From: an uncultured Desulfosarcina sp.
Lineage (GTDB): Bacteria; Desulfobacterota; Desulfobacteria; Desulfobacterales; Desulfosarcinaceae
Direction: 5' to 3'
DNA: 64,000 nucleotides
Assembly (NCBI GenBank): GCA_963674945.2
Contig: CAXXWQ010000001.1
Coordinates: 64,001-128,000, forward strand
Of this stretch, positions 20,820 through 30,585 are shown piece by piece. Position 1 is the stretch's first letter, and each line of letters begins with the position of its first letter. The position numbers and the translations under genes were made by a program. Below the pieces are notes generated by a model that had not been told where the DNA came from, did no database searches, and worked only from the letters and a program-made list of their open reading frames with translations.

Positions 20820-21716
20820 ATGCAAACGAAAATTAAAAAACTGCTCAAGGAAAAAAACGCCATCCTGCTGGCCCACAACTACCAGCCGCCAGAGATTCAG
20901 GACCTGGCGGACATGTGTGGGGATTCCCTGGAACTCAGCATCCGGGCCGGAGAGACGGACGCGGACGTGATCGTCTTTTGCGGCGTTCATTTCATGGCGG
21001 AGACCGCATCCATCATCTCGCCGGACAAGATCGTATTGTTGCCGCGAACAGATGCCGGTTGCCCCATGGCCGACATGATCGACGCCCGGTCCCTGACGGC
21101 AAAAAAGGCCGGCCTTGCCCCCATGCCGGTGGTGACCTATGTCAACTCCACGGCCGAAGTAAAGGCGTTATCGACAATCTGCTGTACTTCCGCCAACGTC
21201 GTCAAGGTGGTGAGAAGCATACCGGAAAAGGAGATGCTGCTGGCCCCGGATCGAAACCTGGCCATGTATGCCGCTTCCAAAACGGATAAGAAGATTCACA
21301 TCTGGGACGGCTATTGCCCCGTCCATGAATCGCTAACCGCCGCGGACGCACGGAAGGCAAAGGCGGATCACCCGGGCGCCGTCTTCATGGCCCATCCGGA
21401 GTGCCGGCCGGATGTGCTTGCCCTTGCCGATGTGGTGGAGAGTACGTCGGGAATGCTTCGATACGCACAGCAGTCCGAAAATGACAGTTTCATCGTCGGG
21501 ACAGAGGTCGGCATTCTGCATCCCATTCGAAAACAGAATCCGGACAAGGTCTTTTATCCTGCCTCGGAAAAAATGGTCTGTCACGACATGAAGCGCATCG
21601 GCCTGTCCGACGTGGTTGCGTGTCTGGAAGAGATGTCCGGGCAGGTCAAGGTGCCGGAGGAGATCCGCGTTCCGGCCCTTTCCGCGGTGCGGAAGATGAT
21701 CGACATCTCCAAATAA
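20820..21716 (+). CDS. nadA: Quinolinate synthase
   Basis: LAHNYQ, GDSLEL, VFCGVHFMAETA, AGCPMA, YVNS, CCTSAN, AHPEC. Confidence 0.97.
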   Translation: MQTKIKKLLKEKNAILLAHNYQPPEIQDLADMCGDSLELSIRAGETDADVIVFCGVHFMAETASIISPDKIVLLPRTDAGCPMADMIDARSLTAKKAGLAPMPVVTYVNSTAEVKALSTICCTSANVVKVVRSIPEKEMLLAPDRNLAMYAASKTDKKIHIWDGYCPVHESLTAADARKAKADHPGAVFMAHPECRPDVLALADVVESTSGMLRYAQQSENDSFIVGTEVGILHPIRKQNPDKVFYPASEKMVCHDMKRIGLSDVVACLEEMSGQVKVPEEIRVPALSAVRKMIDISK

Positions 21717-21855
21717 ATGAAGGCCCTGTTCCCCAAAGACAAATCCACCGGCACACAAGGCTTTCGTATACCGGTGGAAACGATGGGCCGAAAAAGCAAA
21801 CAGCTGTTATTGGCGCCATCATGCTGTTTCATACGATGGCATTCTTCTCAATCCA

Positions 21856-21928
21856 TGATGATCTCGCAGAAAATCGCTGTTCGAACGGATTCGGAAAAAG
21901 CCCGAGATCAAGGATTTCGAATCCGTCA
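21856..21928 (+). repeat. Family A element, short internally deleted copy
   Basis: acggattcggaaaaagcccgagatcaagg...ttcgaatccgtca; its terminus supplies the yebC TGA. Confidence 0.8.
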
Positions 21929-22672
21929 ATCCATGGCGTCGACCAATTCGTCGGGAATATCCGCATTGGTATAGACCTTCTGCACGTCGTCACAATCCTC
22001 CATGGCATCCATGAGCTTGAGCATGCGCTCCGCATCCTTTCCTTCCAGGGGGCTCATGTTCTGGGGCAGCATGGTCACTTCGGCATCGGAAAAGGGGATT
22101 TCGGCGCCTTCGAGGGCGGCTTTCACCTCTTCGAAATCTTCGGGTTCGGTGATCACTTCGAAGCAGTCATCTTCTTCTCTCACATCCTCGGCGCCCGCCT
22201 CCAGCGCGATCTCCATGAGTTTGTCTTCACCGACGGCCGCCTTGTCCACGGCAAAGTACCCCTTCTTGTCGAACATCCAGGCCACGCAGCCGTTTTCTCC
22301 CATGTTCCCGCCGTGTTTGTTGAAAATGTGGCGAATTTCTGCGACGGCCCGGTTTTTGTTGTCCGTCAGCGACTCCACGAGGATGGCGGCACCGCCGGGA
22401 CCGTAGCCTTCGTAAGAGCTCTCCTCGTAGCTGACCCCTTCCAGTTCACCGGTTCCCTTCTTGATGGCCCGTTCGATATTGTCCTTGGGCATGTTTTCCG
22501 TCTTGGCCGCTGCCACGGCAGAGCGAAGCCGCGGATTGGCGTCAATATCACCGCCGCCGAAGCGGGCTGCCACGGTGATTTCTTTGATCAGTTTGGTGAA
22601 TATCTTACCCCGTTTGGCGTCCTGTGCTCCCTTTCGGTGCTTGATGGACGACCACTTGTTGTGTCCTGACAT
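21926..22672 (-). CDS. yebC: YebC/PmpR-family protein
   Basis: [31 protein letters not shown]. Confidence 0.97.
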   Translation of the reverse strand: MSGHNKWSSIKHRKGAQDAKRGKIFTKLIKEITVAARFGGGDIDANPRLRSAVAAAKTENMPKDNIERAIKKGTGELEGVSYEESSYEGYGPGGAAILVESLTDNKNRAVAEIRHIFNKHGGNMGENGCVAWMFDKKGYFAVDKAAVGEDKLMEIALEAGAEDVREEDDCFEVITEPEDFEEVKAALEGAEIPFSDAEVTMLPQNMSPLEGKDAERMLKLMDAMEDCDDVQKVYTNADIPDELVDAMD

Positions 22673-22684
22673 ATTTATCTCCTG

Positions 22685-23287
22685 TTACTTTTTTCCCATT
22701 CCGATGACGAACACCTCTTTGCTGGCCTTTCGTGTGCTCTGGGGGCGAAACGCTATCTGCCTGGCAAAGCGGCTTTTTACCTGATCGACGAAGGCGGCAA
22801 AGTCGCTTCCCTGGAATATCTTGCACACGAAATTTCCACCGGGATCCAACAGCTTGTCGGAAACATACAAGGCCGCCTCGCAAAGTCCCACGGATCGCGC
22901 CTGGTCCACGTGACGGTTGCCCGTTGTGGCCGGTGCCATGTCACTGAGTACTGCATCGAACCGGGTAATGGACAAACCAGCCAGATGGGAATCGAGGTCG
23001 GCGACATCACCCGTGAACACGGTAACATGCTCCGGAAGCCGGATGGTGACCGGTGTCAGATCGATACCGATCAGCCGGCCACCGGGGCCGATGGTGTTTG
23101 CGGCAAACTGAAGCCATGATCCCGGGGCACACCCCAGATCCAGGACCCGTGAACCTTTTTTCAGGATCCGGTACTTTTTCTGGATCTCCTGGAGCTTGTA
23201 TACCGAACGGGCCGCGAAGTGTTCCTTCTTCGCCTTGCGCGTATAGTGATCCGCCCACGGATTTTTACTTCGATTGGTCCGTTTCAT
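22685..23287 (-). CDS. rlmE: 23S rRNA 2'-O-methyltransferase RlmE/FtsJ
   Basis: ARSVYKL, DLGCAPGSW, VLSDMAP, CKIFQG, SKEVF. Confidence 0.93.
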   Translation of the reverse strand: MKRTNRSKNPWADHYTRKAKKEHFAARSVYKLQEIQKKYRILKKGSRVLDLGCAPGSWLQFAANTIGPGGRLIGIDLTPVTIRLPEHVTVFTGDVADLDSHLAGLSITRFDAVLSDMAPATTGNRHVDQARSVGLCEAALYVSDKLLDPGGNFVCKIFQGSDFAAFVDQVKSRFARQIAFRPQSTRKASKEVFVIGMGKK

Positions 23288-23372
23288 ATCTTTTCGCCCG
23301 ATTCAAGTCAAGTCAAACAACACGTGGTATATGGTTTCGATACCTAATAGTTTAAGTGTGTTGTCATTTTTC

Positions 23373-24737
23373 TCAGAAGAGAAGGTCCACGGCGGCGGCC
23401 ACGTTGTCGATCCTTTCGATGACGACATCGCGGGGGGTCCCGAGTCGTTTCACGCTTCCCGCCGGGGCAACGATTCGGGAAAACCCCATCTTATGGGCTT
23501 CTGAAATTCGAATCTCCATGTTTCCCACGGCCCGTACCTCACCGGCCAGGCCCACTTCGCCGACCACCATGGTGTCGTTGCGGATGGGGCGGTCGAGAAA
23601 GCTGGATGCGATGGCCGATACGATACCCAGATCCACCGCCGGTTCGAGGATTCGTACGCCGCCGGCCACATTCATGAAAATATCGTGCCCCATCAGGTGC
23701 ATGCCCAGCTGCTTTTCCATGACGGCCACAAGCAGCGCCACCCGGTTGGGATCCAGTCCCAGAATGGTTCTGCGCGGGGTGCCGAAACTGGTGGAGGAGG
23801 CCAGCGCCTGGAGTTCCACCAGGATGGGACGCGTGCCTTCCATGCTTGCCGTTACAACGGAACCGGCGGCATTTTCGGGGCGCTCGGACAGGAAAACAGC
23901 CGAAGGATTCACCACTTGGCACAGCCCGTTCTCCTTCATCTCGAATACGCCGATCTCGTTCGTGGACCCGAACCGGTTCTTGACCGCCCGGAGAATTCGG
24001 AAAATGTGGTTGCGGTCCCCCTCGAAATAGAGCACCGTGTCCACCATGTGTTCCAGCAGACGGGGGCCGGCGATGGCTCCTTCCTTGGTCACATGGCCCA
24101 CCAGGAACGTGGGGATCCCCGTTCGTTTGGCCATGAGCATCAGGCGCATCGTGCACTCCCGCACCTGGCTGACGCTGCCCGGTGCCGAGGTGATCTCCGG
24201 ACTGAAAACGGTCTGGATGGAGTCGATCACCAGAACGTCGGGCTTGTGGCTCTCCACCATGGTCAGGACCGCATCGATGTCGATTTCCGAAACCACCAGC
24301 AGGCTGGATGAATCGGTGTTGAGCCGCCGGCTGCGAAGGCGAAGCTGGCGGACCGATTCCTCACCGGAGACATACAGCACTTTTTTATCACCCGAGGCGA
24401 TGCCATACAGTGCCTGGAGCATCAGGGTCGACTTGCCGATGCCCGGATCCCCGCCGATGAGGATCAGGGTTCCGGCTACCAGCCCGCCGCCCAGCACCCG
24501 GTCGAATTCGGCGATGCCGGTGGACATCCGCTGTTCATCGGCGATCTTTACGGAATCGATGGGAATCGGATGGTTGCCTTTTCCGGCCGCGGTCGACGCC
24601 ATGGCCGATTCCTTTCGTCGCACCTCTTCGGTGAAGGTGTCCCACGCGCCGCATTCCGTGCAGCGACCCATCCACCGGGCCGATACATAACCGCATGATT
24701 GGCAAACGAAATTTGTTTTTGCCGGTTTTCGCGCCAT
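23373..24737 (-). CDS. radA: DNA repair protein RadA/Sms
   Basis: C4 zinc finger, GDPGIGKST, KNRFG, Lon-like C-terminus. Confidence 0.97.
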   Translation of the reverse strand: MARKPAKTNFVCQSCGYVSARWMGRCTECGAWDTFTEEVRRKESAMASTAAGKGNHPIPIDSVKIADEQRMSTGIAEFDRVLGGGLVAGTLILIGGDPGIGKSTLMLQALYGIASGDKKVLYVSGEESVRQLRLRSRRLNTDSSSLLVVSEIDIDAVLTMVESHKPDVLVIDSIQTVFSPEITSAPGSVSQVRECTMRLMLMAKRTGIPTFLVGHVTKEGAIAGPRLLEHMVDTVLYFEGDRNHIFRILRAVKNRFGSTNEIGVFEMKENGLCQVVNPSAVFLSERPENAAGSVVTASMEGTRPILVELQALASSTSFGTPRRTILGLDPNRVALLVAVMEKQLGMHLMGHDIFMNVAGGVRILEPAVDLGIVSAIASSFLDRPIRNDTMVVGEVGLAGEVRAVGNMEIRISEAHKMGFSRIVAPAGSVKRLGTPRDVVIERIDNVAAAVDLLF

Positions 24738-24962
24738 AGGCCCCTTTCGTTGATCGTATTCTTAACTTGTTGTTTTAAAAATAAAATGATACATATTAAG
24801 CGTCGGGCTTCCCAGCCACCATCTCCCTTTTGCCGTAAAACGGATGGGCAGCCGGTACGCAAACGATGAATGATTACCATGACCGTACACGCCTGCGCAA
24901 CCTGGCAGGGGGTTCATGAGGCGGTTTGTCCGCTTAAGGTATGGTAACAGGAACCGATATCC

Positions 24963-24990
24963 TAAACAGTGCCAATCCAGAAATGGCCAA
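24963..24990. repeat. Fragment of family B outer end
   Basis: taaacagtgccaatccagaaatggccaa resembles 15940 and 20641. Confidence 0.5.
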
Positions 24991-25024
24991 ACCATTTTAT
25001 TTCATAGGAGATTGTAAGTAGGAC

Positions 25025-25918
25025 ATGGGTAAAGATATTGTAAATCGAGTTCGGGTAAGATTTGGGGCGTTGTCCGCGGCACTCTTGCTTGCACTGCTGT
25101 TTGTCGGAAACGTCCTGGGATATGCCGCCGAATCTGCGGCGCCCTTCGATTCACTTCAAAAGCGACTGATTTCCGATGGTTTTAACCGCGAACAGATCCG
25201 TCAAGTGTACAAAAATCCCGGCGTTTCATTCGAAACCCGCGGCGTCATCGCCTATTTCATGCACAATGAAGCCAAGCTGAACTACGATCAGTTCAAGCGG
25301 GTGTGGAATATCAAGTCGGCGAGAAAGTACATGGAGACGCATCGCAAGGCATTGGAGAGAGCCCGGAAAAACTATGGCGTGGACAAAGAGGTGATCACCG
25401 CCATCATACTGGTGGAGACCCGGCTGGGGAAATACACGGGCAATAAATCGGTGATCAATACGCTCTCCACCCTTTCGGCCATGGCAGACGCCGACGCGCG
25501 GCAGATCATCTGGGACAATTTGCCGAATGATGAGCGGCGGATGTCCCGGGACGAATTCGAAAAAAAGGCGGATCAGAAATCGAGCTGGGCCTACCGGGAA
25601 CTCAAGGCCTTTTTGACCTACACGGACAAGGAGGGGTTGGACCCCGTCGATATCAAGGGCTCTTACGCCGGCGCCCTGGGAATCAGCCAGTTCATGCCCA
25701 GTAACATCCCTCTGCATGGTAAGGATGGAAACGCGGACGGTCAGGTAAACCTGTTTGTCCACGCGGACGCCATCTCCAGTATCGCCAGCTACCTGAAACA
25801 CTACGGCTGGGTTCCCGGAATCTCCCGGGATAAAGCCTTCAATGTCGTCTACCACTACAACCACAGCAAATACTACGTGAACACCATTCTCGATATTCGG
25901 GATAAACTGAAAGGCTAG
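25025..25918 (+). CDS. Lytic murein transglycosylase (MltB/SLT_2 family)
   Basis: AIILVETRLG, GSYAGALGISQFMPS, DAISSIASYL, YNHSKYY. Confidence 0.9.
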   Translation: MGKDIVNRVRVRFGALSAALLLALLFVGNVLGYAAESAAPFDSLQKRLISDGFNREQIRQVYKNPGVSFETRGVIAYFMHNEAKLNYDQFKRVWNIKSARKYMETHRKALERARKNYGVDKEVITAIILVETRLGKYTGNKSVINTLSTLSAMADADARQIIWDNLPNDERRMSRDEFEKKADQKSSWAYRELKAFLTYTDKEGLDPVDIKGSYAGALGISQFMPSNIPLHGKDGNADGQVNLFVHADAISSIASYLKHYGWVPGISRDKAFNVVYHYNHSKYYVNTILDIRDKLKG

Positions 25919-25924
25919 CCCGCC

Positions 25925-26143
25925 ATGGACGCCGGCATGTACATCATTCTGACCGGAGTTGCATTCTTCCTTCTCACATGCGTCGCCATCCTGGACATCG
26001 CCCGCAAGGATTTTGGCTCCATCCAAATGAAGGCGTTGTGGGGACTCATCGTCGCCATGATTCCCTTCATCGGCGTTCTGATTTACTTTTTCGTCGGATT
26101 CAGAAAGGGAAAGCTGCCCGCCGCCGAAACATCCGCGGATTGA
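25925..26143 (+). CDS. PLDc_N-domain small membrane protein
   Basis: ILDIARK...KALWGLIVAMIPFIGVLIYFF. Confidence 0.75.
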   Translation: MDAGMYIILTGVAFFLLTCVAILDIARKDFGSIQMKALWGLIVAMIPFIGVLIYFFVGFRKGKLPAAETSAD

Positions 26144-26233
26144 GGCGTGCGTCATTACACTACCAATTGGGGTTCCAAATATTGTTTGACAAGTCCGCCC
26201 TTTTCCTATATCAAACGCTTTTGCCTTCCGAAT

Positions 26234-26309
26234 GATCCCATCGTCTAGTGGTTTAGGACGCCGGCCTCTCACGCCGGTAACGCGGGTTCGAATCCCGCTG
26301 GGATCACCA
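26234..26309 (+). tRNA. tRNA-Glu (anticodon CTC)
   Basis: GATCCCA/TGGGATC acceptor stem, anticodon stem CCGGC/GCCGG with CT-CTC-AC loop, GGTTCGAATCC, encoded CCA. Confidence 0.97.
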
Positions 26310-26320
26310 TGAACAATATC

Positions 26321-26353
26321 AGGCACTTACATTGGATTGTGAGTGCCTTTTTT
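26321..26353 (+). terminator. Intrinsic terminator after the tRNA
   Basis: aggcacttaca / tgtgagtgcct stem followed by a T run. Confidence 0.8.
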
Positions 26354-26552
26354 ATTTGGTAAAAATTCAATACCCAACAGGGACATCGATCTGATGGTCA
26401 GGTCAAAGGTTCCGGTGGTTGTGGCGACTAAATCTGAGCCGTCGTTCGCACCTAATCTATTGTAGCGATGGGCATTGCGGCGTCGAAAGCTCGCTTGGGG
26501 GTAAGGAAATGGCCAATCGTAAAATTTGCTTGATTTTTTTTCGTTTCCACGT

Positions 26553-26586
26553 TTTATTTTAGGTTTAAAGCTAAAACTAAAATAAA
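26553..26586. promoter_or_regulatory. Inverted repeat upstream of the fic gene (candidate autoregulatory operator)
   Basis: tttattttag ... ctaaaataaa; similar third half-site near 26595. Confidence 0.45.
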
Positions 26587-26619
26587 TGCAAGTCTTATTT
26601 TAAGTTCGAGGCAGGCAGG

Positions 26620-27789
26620 ATGAAGAGAGAACTCCAAGGAAGATACGTGACAATATCGACGGCGGGTGAAAAAGCTCAGGCCTTCATACCTTCACCGCTG
26701 CCGCCGCTTCCACCCATCGACTGGAACCCGCAGATGCGTAGCAAGTTCGATCAGGCGATGCTGGCGCTCGGGCGGCTGGACAGCGTCGCGACCCTGCTGC
26801 CGGACACCTCGATGTTTCTCTACATGTACGTCCGAAAGGAGGCGGTGCTTTCCTCCATGATTGAGGGGACCCAGTCGTCATTGTCCGATCTGTTGCTGTT
26901 CGAGCTGGATCAGGAGCCGGGCGTGCCTTTGGATGACGTGCGGGAAGTCAGCAACTATGTCGCTGCTCTCGACCACGGTCTGCGATTGCTTGCGGAAGGG
27001 CTGCCGCTCTCGATGAGGTTGTTTCGGCGGATCCATGGCGTCCTGATGAGTAAGGGGCGGGGGAGCAATCAAAGCCCGGGCGAGTTCCGGCGCAGCCAGA
27101 ACTGGATCGGCGGAACCCGGCCAGGTAACGCGGCTTTTGTTCCACCTCCCGCCGAAGAGGTACCGGACTGCATGAGCAAGCTCGAGTTCTTCTTGCATGA
27201 TCAGCCTGAACCAACTCCGGTGCTGCTCAAGGCGGCGCTGGCTCATGTGCAGTTCGAGACCATCCACCCCTTTCTTGATGGTAACGGCCGTCTGGGGCGT
27301 CTGCTGATCACGCTGCTTTTGTGTGATCAAAACGTATTGAAGGTGCCAATGCTTTATCTTAGTCTCTATTTCAAGACGCACCGCCAGTTTTACTACAAGC
27401 TGCTCAACGACGTCCGCCTGACCGGCGACTGGGAAGCCTGGCTCGATTTCTTCGCCGAGGCAGTGATTGTCACTGCCACCCAGGCGGTGGAAGCCGCGCA
27501 GCAGATTCTCGACCTGTCGAACCGGGATCGTGACAAGATCAGCGGCCTGGGCCGGGCGGCGGCCTCCACCCTGAAGGTCCACCGGGTGCTAATGGAACAT
27601 CCCATCGCCACCTCGGGTTCACTGGTGGAAAAGACCGGTATCACCCCGGCGACGGTAAACAAGGCGCTCGGCCATCTGGAGCAGCTCGGCATCGTGAAGG
27701 AACTGACCGCCCAGAAGCGCAACCGTCTGTTCAGCTATGAGGGCTATATCGAGATCATGAATCGCGGCACGGAACTGCCGGACAGGTAG
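26620..27789 (+). CDS. Fic-family protein with N-terminal inhibitory motif and C-terminal HTH
   Basis: HPFLDGNGRLGR; SSMIEG = (S/T)xxxE(G/N). Confidence 0.93.
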   Translation: MKRELQGRYVTISTAGEKAQAFIPSPLPPLPPIDWNPQMRSKFDQAMLALGRLDSVATLLPDTSMFLYMYVRKEAVLSSMIEGTQSSLSDLLLFELDQEPGVPLDDVREVSNYVAALDHGLRLLAEGLPLSMRLFRRIHGVLMSKGRGSNQSPGEFRRSQNWIGGTRPGNAAFVPPPAEEVPDCMSKLEFFLHDQPEPTPVLLKAALAHVQFETIHPFLDGNGRLGRLLITLLLCDQNVLKVPMLYLSLYFKTHRQFYYKLLNDVRLTGDWEAWLDFFAEAVIVTATQAVEAAQQILDLSNRDRDKISGLGRAAASTLKVHRVLMEHPIATSGSLVEKTGITPATVNKALGHLEQLGIVKELTAQKRNRLFSYEGYIEIMNRGTELPDR

Positions 27790-28001
27790 ATGCATTCTAA
27801 TTGTATCCTGTTCAGATGGGCGGAATCCGGTTAGAATTTTTTACACAGGAACATGCGATCCTGACCGTCCATGACCCTCCAGCTTCGACGCCAAAAGTGG
27901 ACGTAAATCCGGACGTAAAATGTCATGATATTTATGCCTCTGGAGATCCTGTTTCATGCGTAAGTAGCTAAAATAATAGGTATAGTAGGGTGGTGGATTG
28001 C

Positions 28002-28046
28002 CCTCTCACGCCGGTAACGCGGGTTCGAATTCCGCTGGGATCACCA
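28002..28046 (+). repeat. Duplicated 3' part of tRNA-Glu (att-like site)
   Basis: Anticodon loop to CCA, one mismatch at 28031; 5' half absent. Confidence 0.9.
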
Positions 28047-28186
28047 ATAATTAAATCAGGCACTTACAAGCAATTGTTGGTGTGGGTTGACATACCATCT
28101 CCGTAGTGGTTCCGGTTGAAGGCAGGGGCAGGACAGCCGGAACTGGCTTTCCCGGAGCGAAGCTATCCCCGGAAGATCAAAGACAG

Positions 28187-28510
28187 CTATGCGGCTTCGC
28201 TCACAGAAACACGCGGGGTGATATTCTCGCGCTCGGCACATGCTTTGATAACCGGAACAATGCTCTCCAATGTCGGGTTGCCGGAAGGTCCGAGCATCCG
28301 GCTGATGGCCGGTTTGTGTTTTTTCAGCTTTTTGCATATTTCATCCATGGCCCCGGTGGCGTTGATGTAGTCGCGAAGCATCAGCCTGCCGGCCGTGCTT
28401 TCGCCTTCCAGTATCATGTTTATTGCTTCGACGATCAGCCCTTTTCGAAATTCGGGATCGTTTTCGGCCCTGGTGACAACCTGCTCTTTGAATTCCCTTG
28501 AAAGCGGCAT
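28187..28510 (-). CDS. Addiction-module antitoxin (HTH DNA-binding protein)
   Basis: MPLSREFKE..., LRDYINATG, RMLGPSGNPTL; TAATG coupling to a toxin remnant. Confidence 0.75.
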   Translation of the reverse strand: MPLSREFKEQVVTRAENDPEFRKGLIVEAINMILEGESTAGRLMLRDYINATGAMDEICKKLKKHKPAISRMLGPSGNPTLESIVPVIKACAERENITPRVSVSEAA

Positions 28511-28602
28511 TACTTTGCTCCTTCACGCTTCCGGCGCTTGTAATCGGCCCAATATGCCCGGGCCTTCTCTATTTCCGAAATCTGAGACTTTTTCGCCCCG
28601 CT
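28510..28602 (-). pseudogene. C-terminal remnant of a RelE/ParE (HigB-like) toxin
   Basis: Reads SGAKKSQISEIEKARAYWADYKRRKREGAK*, preceded by an in-frame TGA (28603-28605) with no start. Confidence 0.65.
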
Positions 28603-28860
28603 TCATCTTCATAATAACGAACTTCAATCTCATCCGGTTTGTTCATTTAATTAACATATGTGTTATTGTTGCCAACTTAAAGGGAAACATTAACGGAACC
28701 CTAACAAATGCAATGTTGACACTGAAGGTGCAAAGCGAAGCTGACTTGGTAAGAATCTGATGTGATATTGTGGCTTCAACGAGTGGCTGATGAACTATCA
28801 CGGTAAGCCGCTGCATTTTTTTGTGGTATAACCAAAGCCGGCCGCTCTGGTGGCGGATAT

Positions 28861-29262
28861 TTACTGATGAGAAGCCATATATTCAGTGACGGCTTGAGAA
28901 AGAAGACCAGAGCGACTTGAACCATATTTTTTAGCATATTGATCTACTGTCCTTATAAGCCTTTCCGGCATAGTGATATTTATACGTCTCGATTTTAAAG
29001 AGAGCTTACTTATGTCGACTTGCACCAAGGCCCAAATACCATCTTTGTAATCTGGATTCGCCCTATGTCTTTCTATATCGGATGGTGTCGGAATTGGTTC
29101 TGAATCAATCAGCATGCCTTCAATGTGGCATTCAGCAGCTTCCTGAGCCATGCTGATTGCCTCCTCTATGGTAGAACCAGCGGAAAAACACGCCGGTAAA
29201 TCGGGAATGGCAACACTATAATCAGAAGTAGGATCTTTGTGAATTACAATAGGATATTTCAT
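28861..29262 (-). CDS. hicB: HicB-family antitoxin with C-terminal RHH
   Basis: YSVAIPDLPACFSAGSTIEEA; RINITMPERL...SRSGLL; GGAGG upstream. Confidence 0.9.
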   Translation of the reverse strand: MKYPIVIHKDPTSDYSVAIPDLPACFSAGSTIEEAISMAQEAAECHIEGMLIDSEPIPTPSDIERHRANPDYKDGIWALVQVDISKLSLKSRRINITMPERLIRTVDQYAKKYGSSRSGLLSQAVTEYMASHQ

Positions 29263-29264
29263 TT

Positions 29265-29452
29265 TTACCTCCAATTCCATCCAGCGTTCCGTAAAATATT
29301 GCGCAGTGTACCAATGGCAATATCCTTCTTGGGATGTGGAACAGTAACTTTTCCCTGTTTTACAGGATGTTTAAATTGATGGTGATCACCTTTTGTGTGG
29401 TGTAATTGCCATCCATCACCCGCAATCTTTTGATTATTTCTCGGCTGTCCAT
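29265..29452 (-). pseudogene. hicA: HicA toxin with a 1-nt frameshift
   Basis: Adding one A at 29428-29431 restores MDSREIIKKIAGDGWQLHHTKGDHHQFKHPVKQGKVTVPHPKKDIAIGTLRNILRNAGWNWR*; span is 188 nt. Confidence 0.85.
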
Positions 29453-29833
29453 GTGATGTGTATAATCACGCATTAGAGTTTTTTATGTCAATTCTGCGGT
29501 GGAGATACTGATGATTCAAGAACGTTATTCTATGCAGGAGGGGCGCCCATTAAAGGGCGGGTCATGTGTTTTTCCAGGGACGTGTCGCACCAATAGATAT
29601 ATTTGACATTCCCTTATTGTTCGATTTATAGTTCTTTTATTCTTGCCTCATGTGGCGTTCTAATCACATTGAAATAATTTGACTTTAAAATCGATCAGTT
29701 ATCATATGTTCACGATGAAATGCTGAGAGCCCTTCTACTTTCAGTGTCGCTGCTGTATTACCGATCACTCCTTTTTTTGGTTCCATTGAAATCAGGTATA
29801 GCGTAATGGGTATGCCTCTCAAATTGTGCATAT

Positions 29834-30012
29834 ATGTCTCCTGATGTGTTTACAAGCCATCCCAAAAAAACCTTTGGACTCAATATCTTTGTTGGAGGCA
29901 AATTTTAAATCCTCAAAATACTTTAGTATGTCTGCGGTTTAAAATTTGCCGCCGCTGCAATCTTGAACCCAAATCCCTTTTTTGAGGCAGCTTGTAGCAC
30001 ATCAGGAGACAT
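29834..30012 (-). repeat. Hairpin element family D (~180-nt imperfect palindrome)
   Basis: 15-bp IR atgtctcctgatgtg / cacatcaggagacat; inner ggcaaattttaaa / tttaaaatttgcc; diverged boxes at 29887, 29912, 29927, 29954. Confidence 0.8.
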
Positions 30013-30122
30013 TCTGAAATTTGGATACCTTGTATCTGCGACAAGCTCGACAATCGTTCAACTTAGGTTAACGTCAAATCGGATTTTCGATGGATGAAAA
30101 CCAATGAAAAATGAGGTGACAC

Positions 30123-30443
30123 ATGCCAAAATATCTTTTCCACGGATCATATACCGAGGAAGGCGTAAAAGGTCTTTTAAAGGAAGGCGGCACGAAACGA
30201 AGGGAAGCAATAAAACTGGCTGTAGAATCGGTCGGTGGTACTTTGGATGCTTTTTATTTTGCATTCGGGGATGATGACTTTTATTTCATAGCTGAAAATC
30301 CTGAGAATATTAATGCAATTGCCGGCACCTTGCTCGCAAATGCTTCCGGAACAGTCAAGCTTACAACCACTATTCTTATCACAGCCGAAGAGGTCGATGA
30401 GGCGATCAATAAAAAATTGGATTGGCGGCCACCCGGACGATAA
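30123..30443 (+). CDS. GYD-domain protein
   Basis: MPKYLFHGSYTEEGVKGL, VESVGGTL, YFAFGDDD; GAGG upstream. Confidence 0.8.
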   Translation: MPKYLFHGSYTEEGVKGLLKEGGTKRREAIKLAVESVGGTLDAFYFAFGDDDFYFIAENPENINAIAGTLLANASGTVKLTTTILITAEEVDEAINKKLDWRPPGR

Positions 30444-30585
30444 GTACAAACTTACGATACCTAATGGAAAGGCAGAGGGTACCTTATCTCTGTCTTTCCG
30501 TTGTCAGATGAACGCCGGATAAAAAGTATTGTCCGTAATGAATCCCTGCAGCCGTTAAAGCCGCTGCATCTTTTTTTGCCTCATA

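Larger units (their letters stand above)
26265..28068. mobile_element. tRNA-Glu-anchored mini-island bounded by direct repeats; no integrase
   Basis: 26265-26309 repeated at 28002-28046 (44/45 identical); atcaggcacttaca repeated at 26318 and 28055 at the same 1737-nt offset. Confidence 0.8.

Noticed and set aside
28002..28046. Second tRNA gene
   Set aside because: Lacks the 5' acceptor strand and D arm; it is an att-like duplicate
29640..30055. Minus-strand pseudogene
   Set aside because: The short open stretch is explained by the family D palindrome; no protein motif
28690..30580. Integron cassette array around the TA and GYD genes (AAGCCGCTGCAT at 28805 and 30558)
   Set aside because: Could not pair R and L boxes convincingly; a 12-bp match alone is insufficient; IntegronFinder would decide
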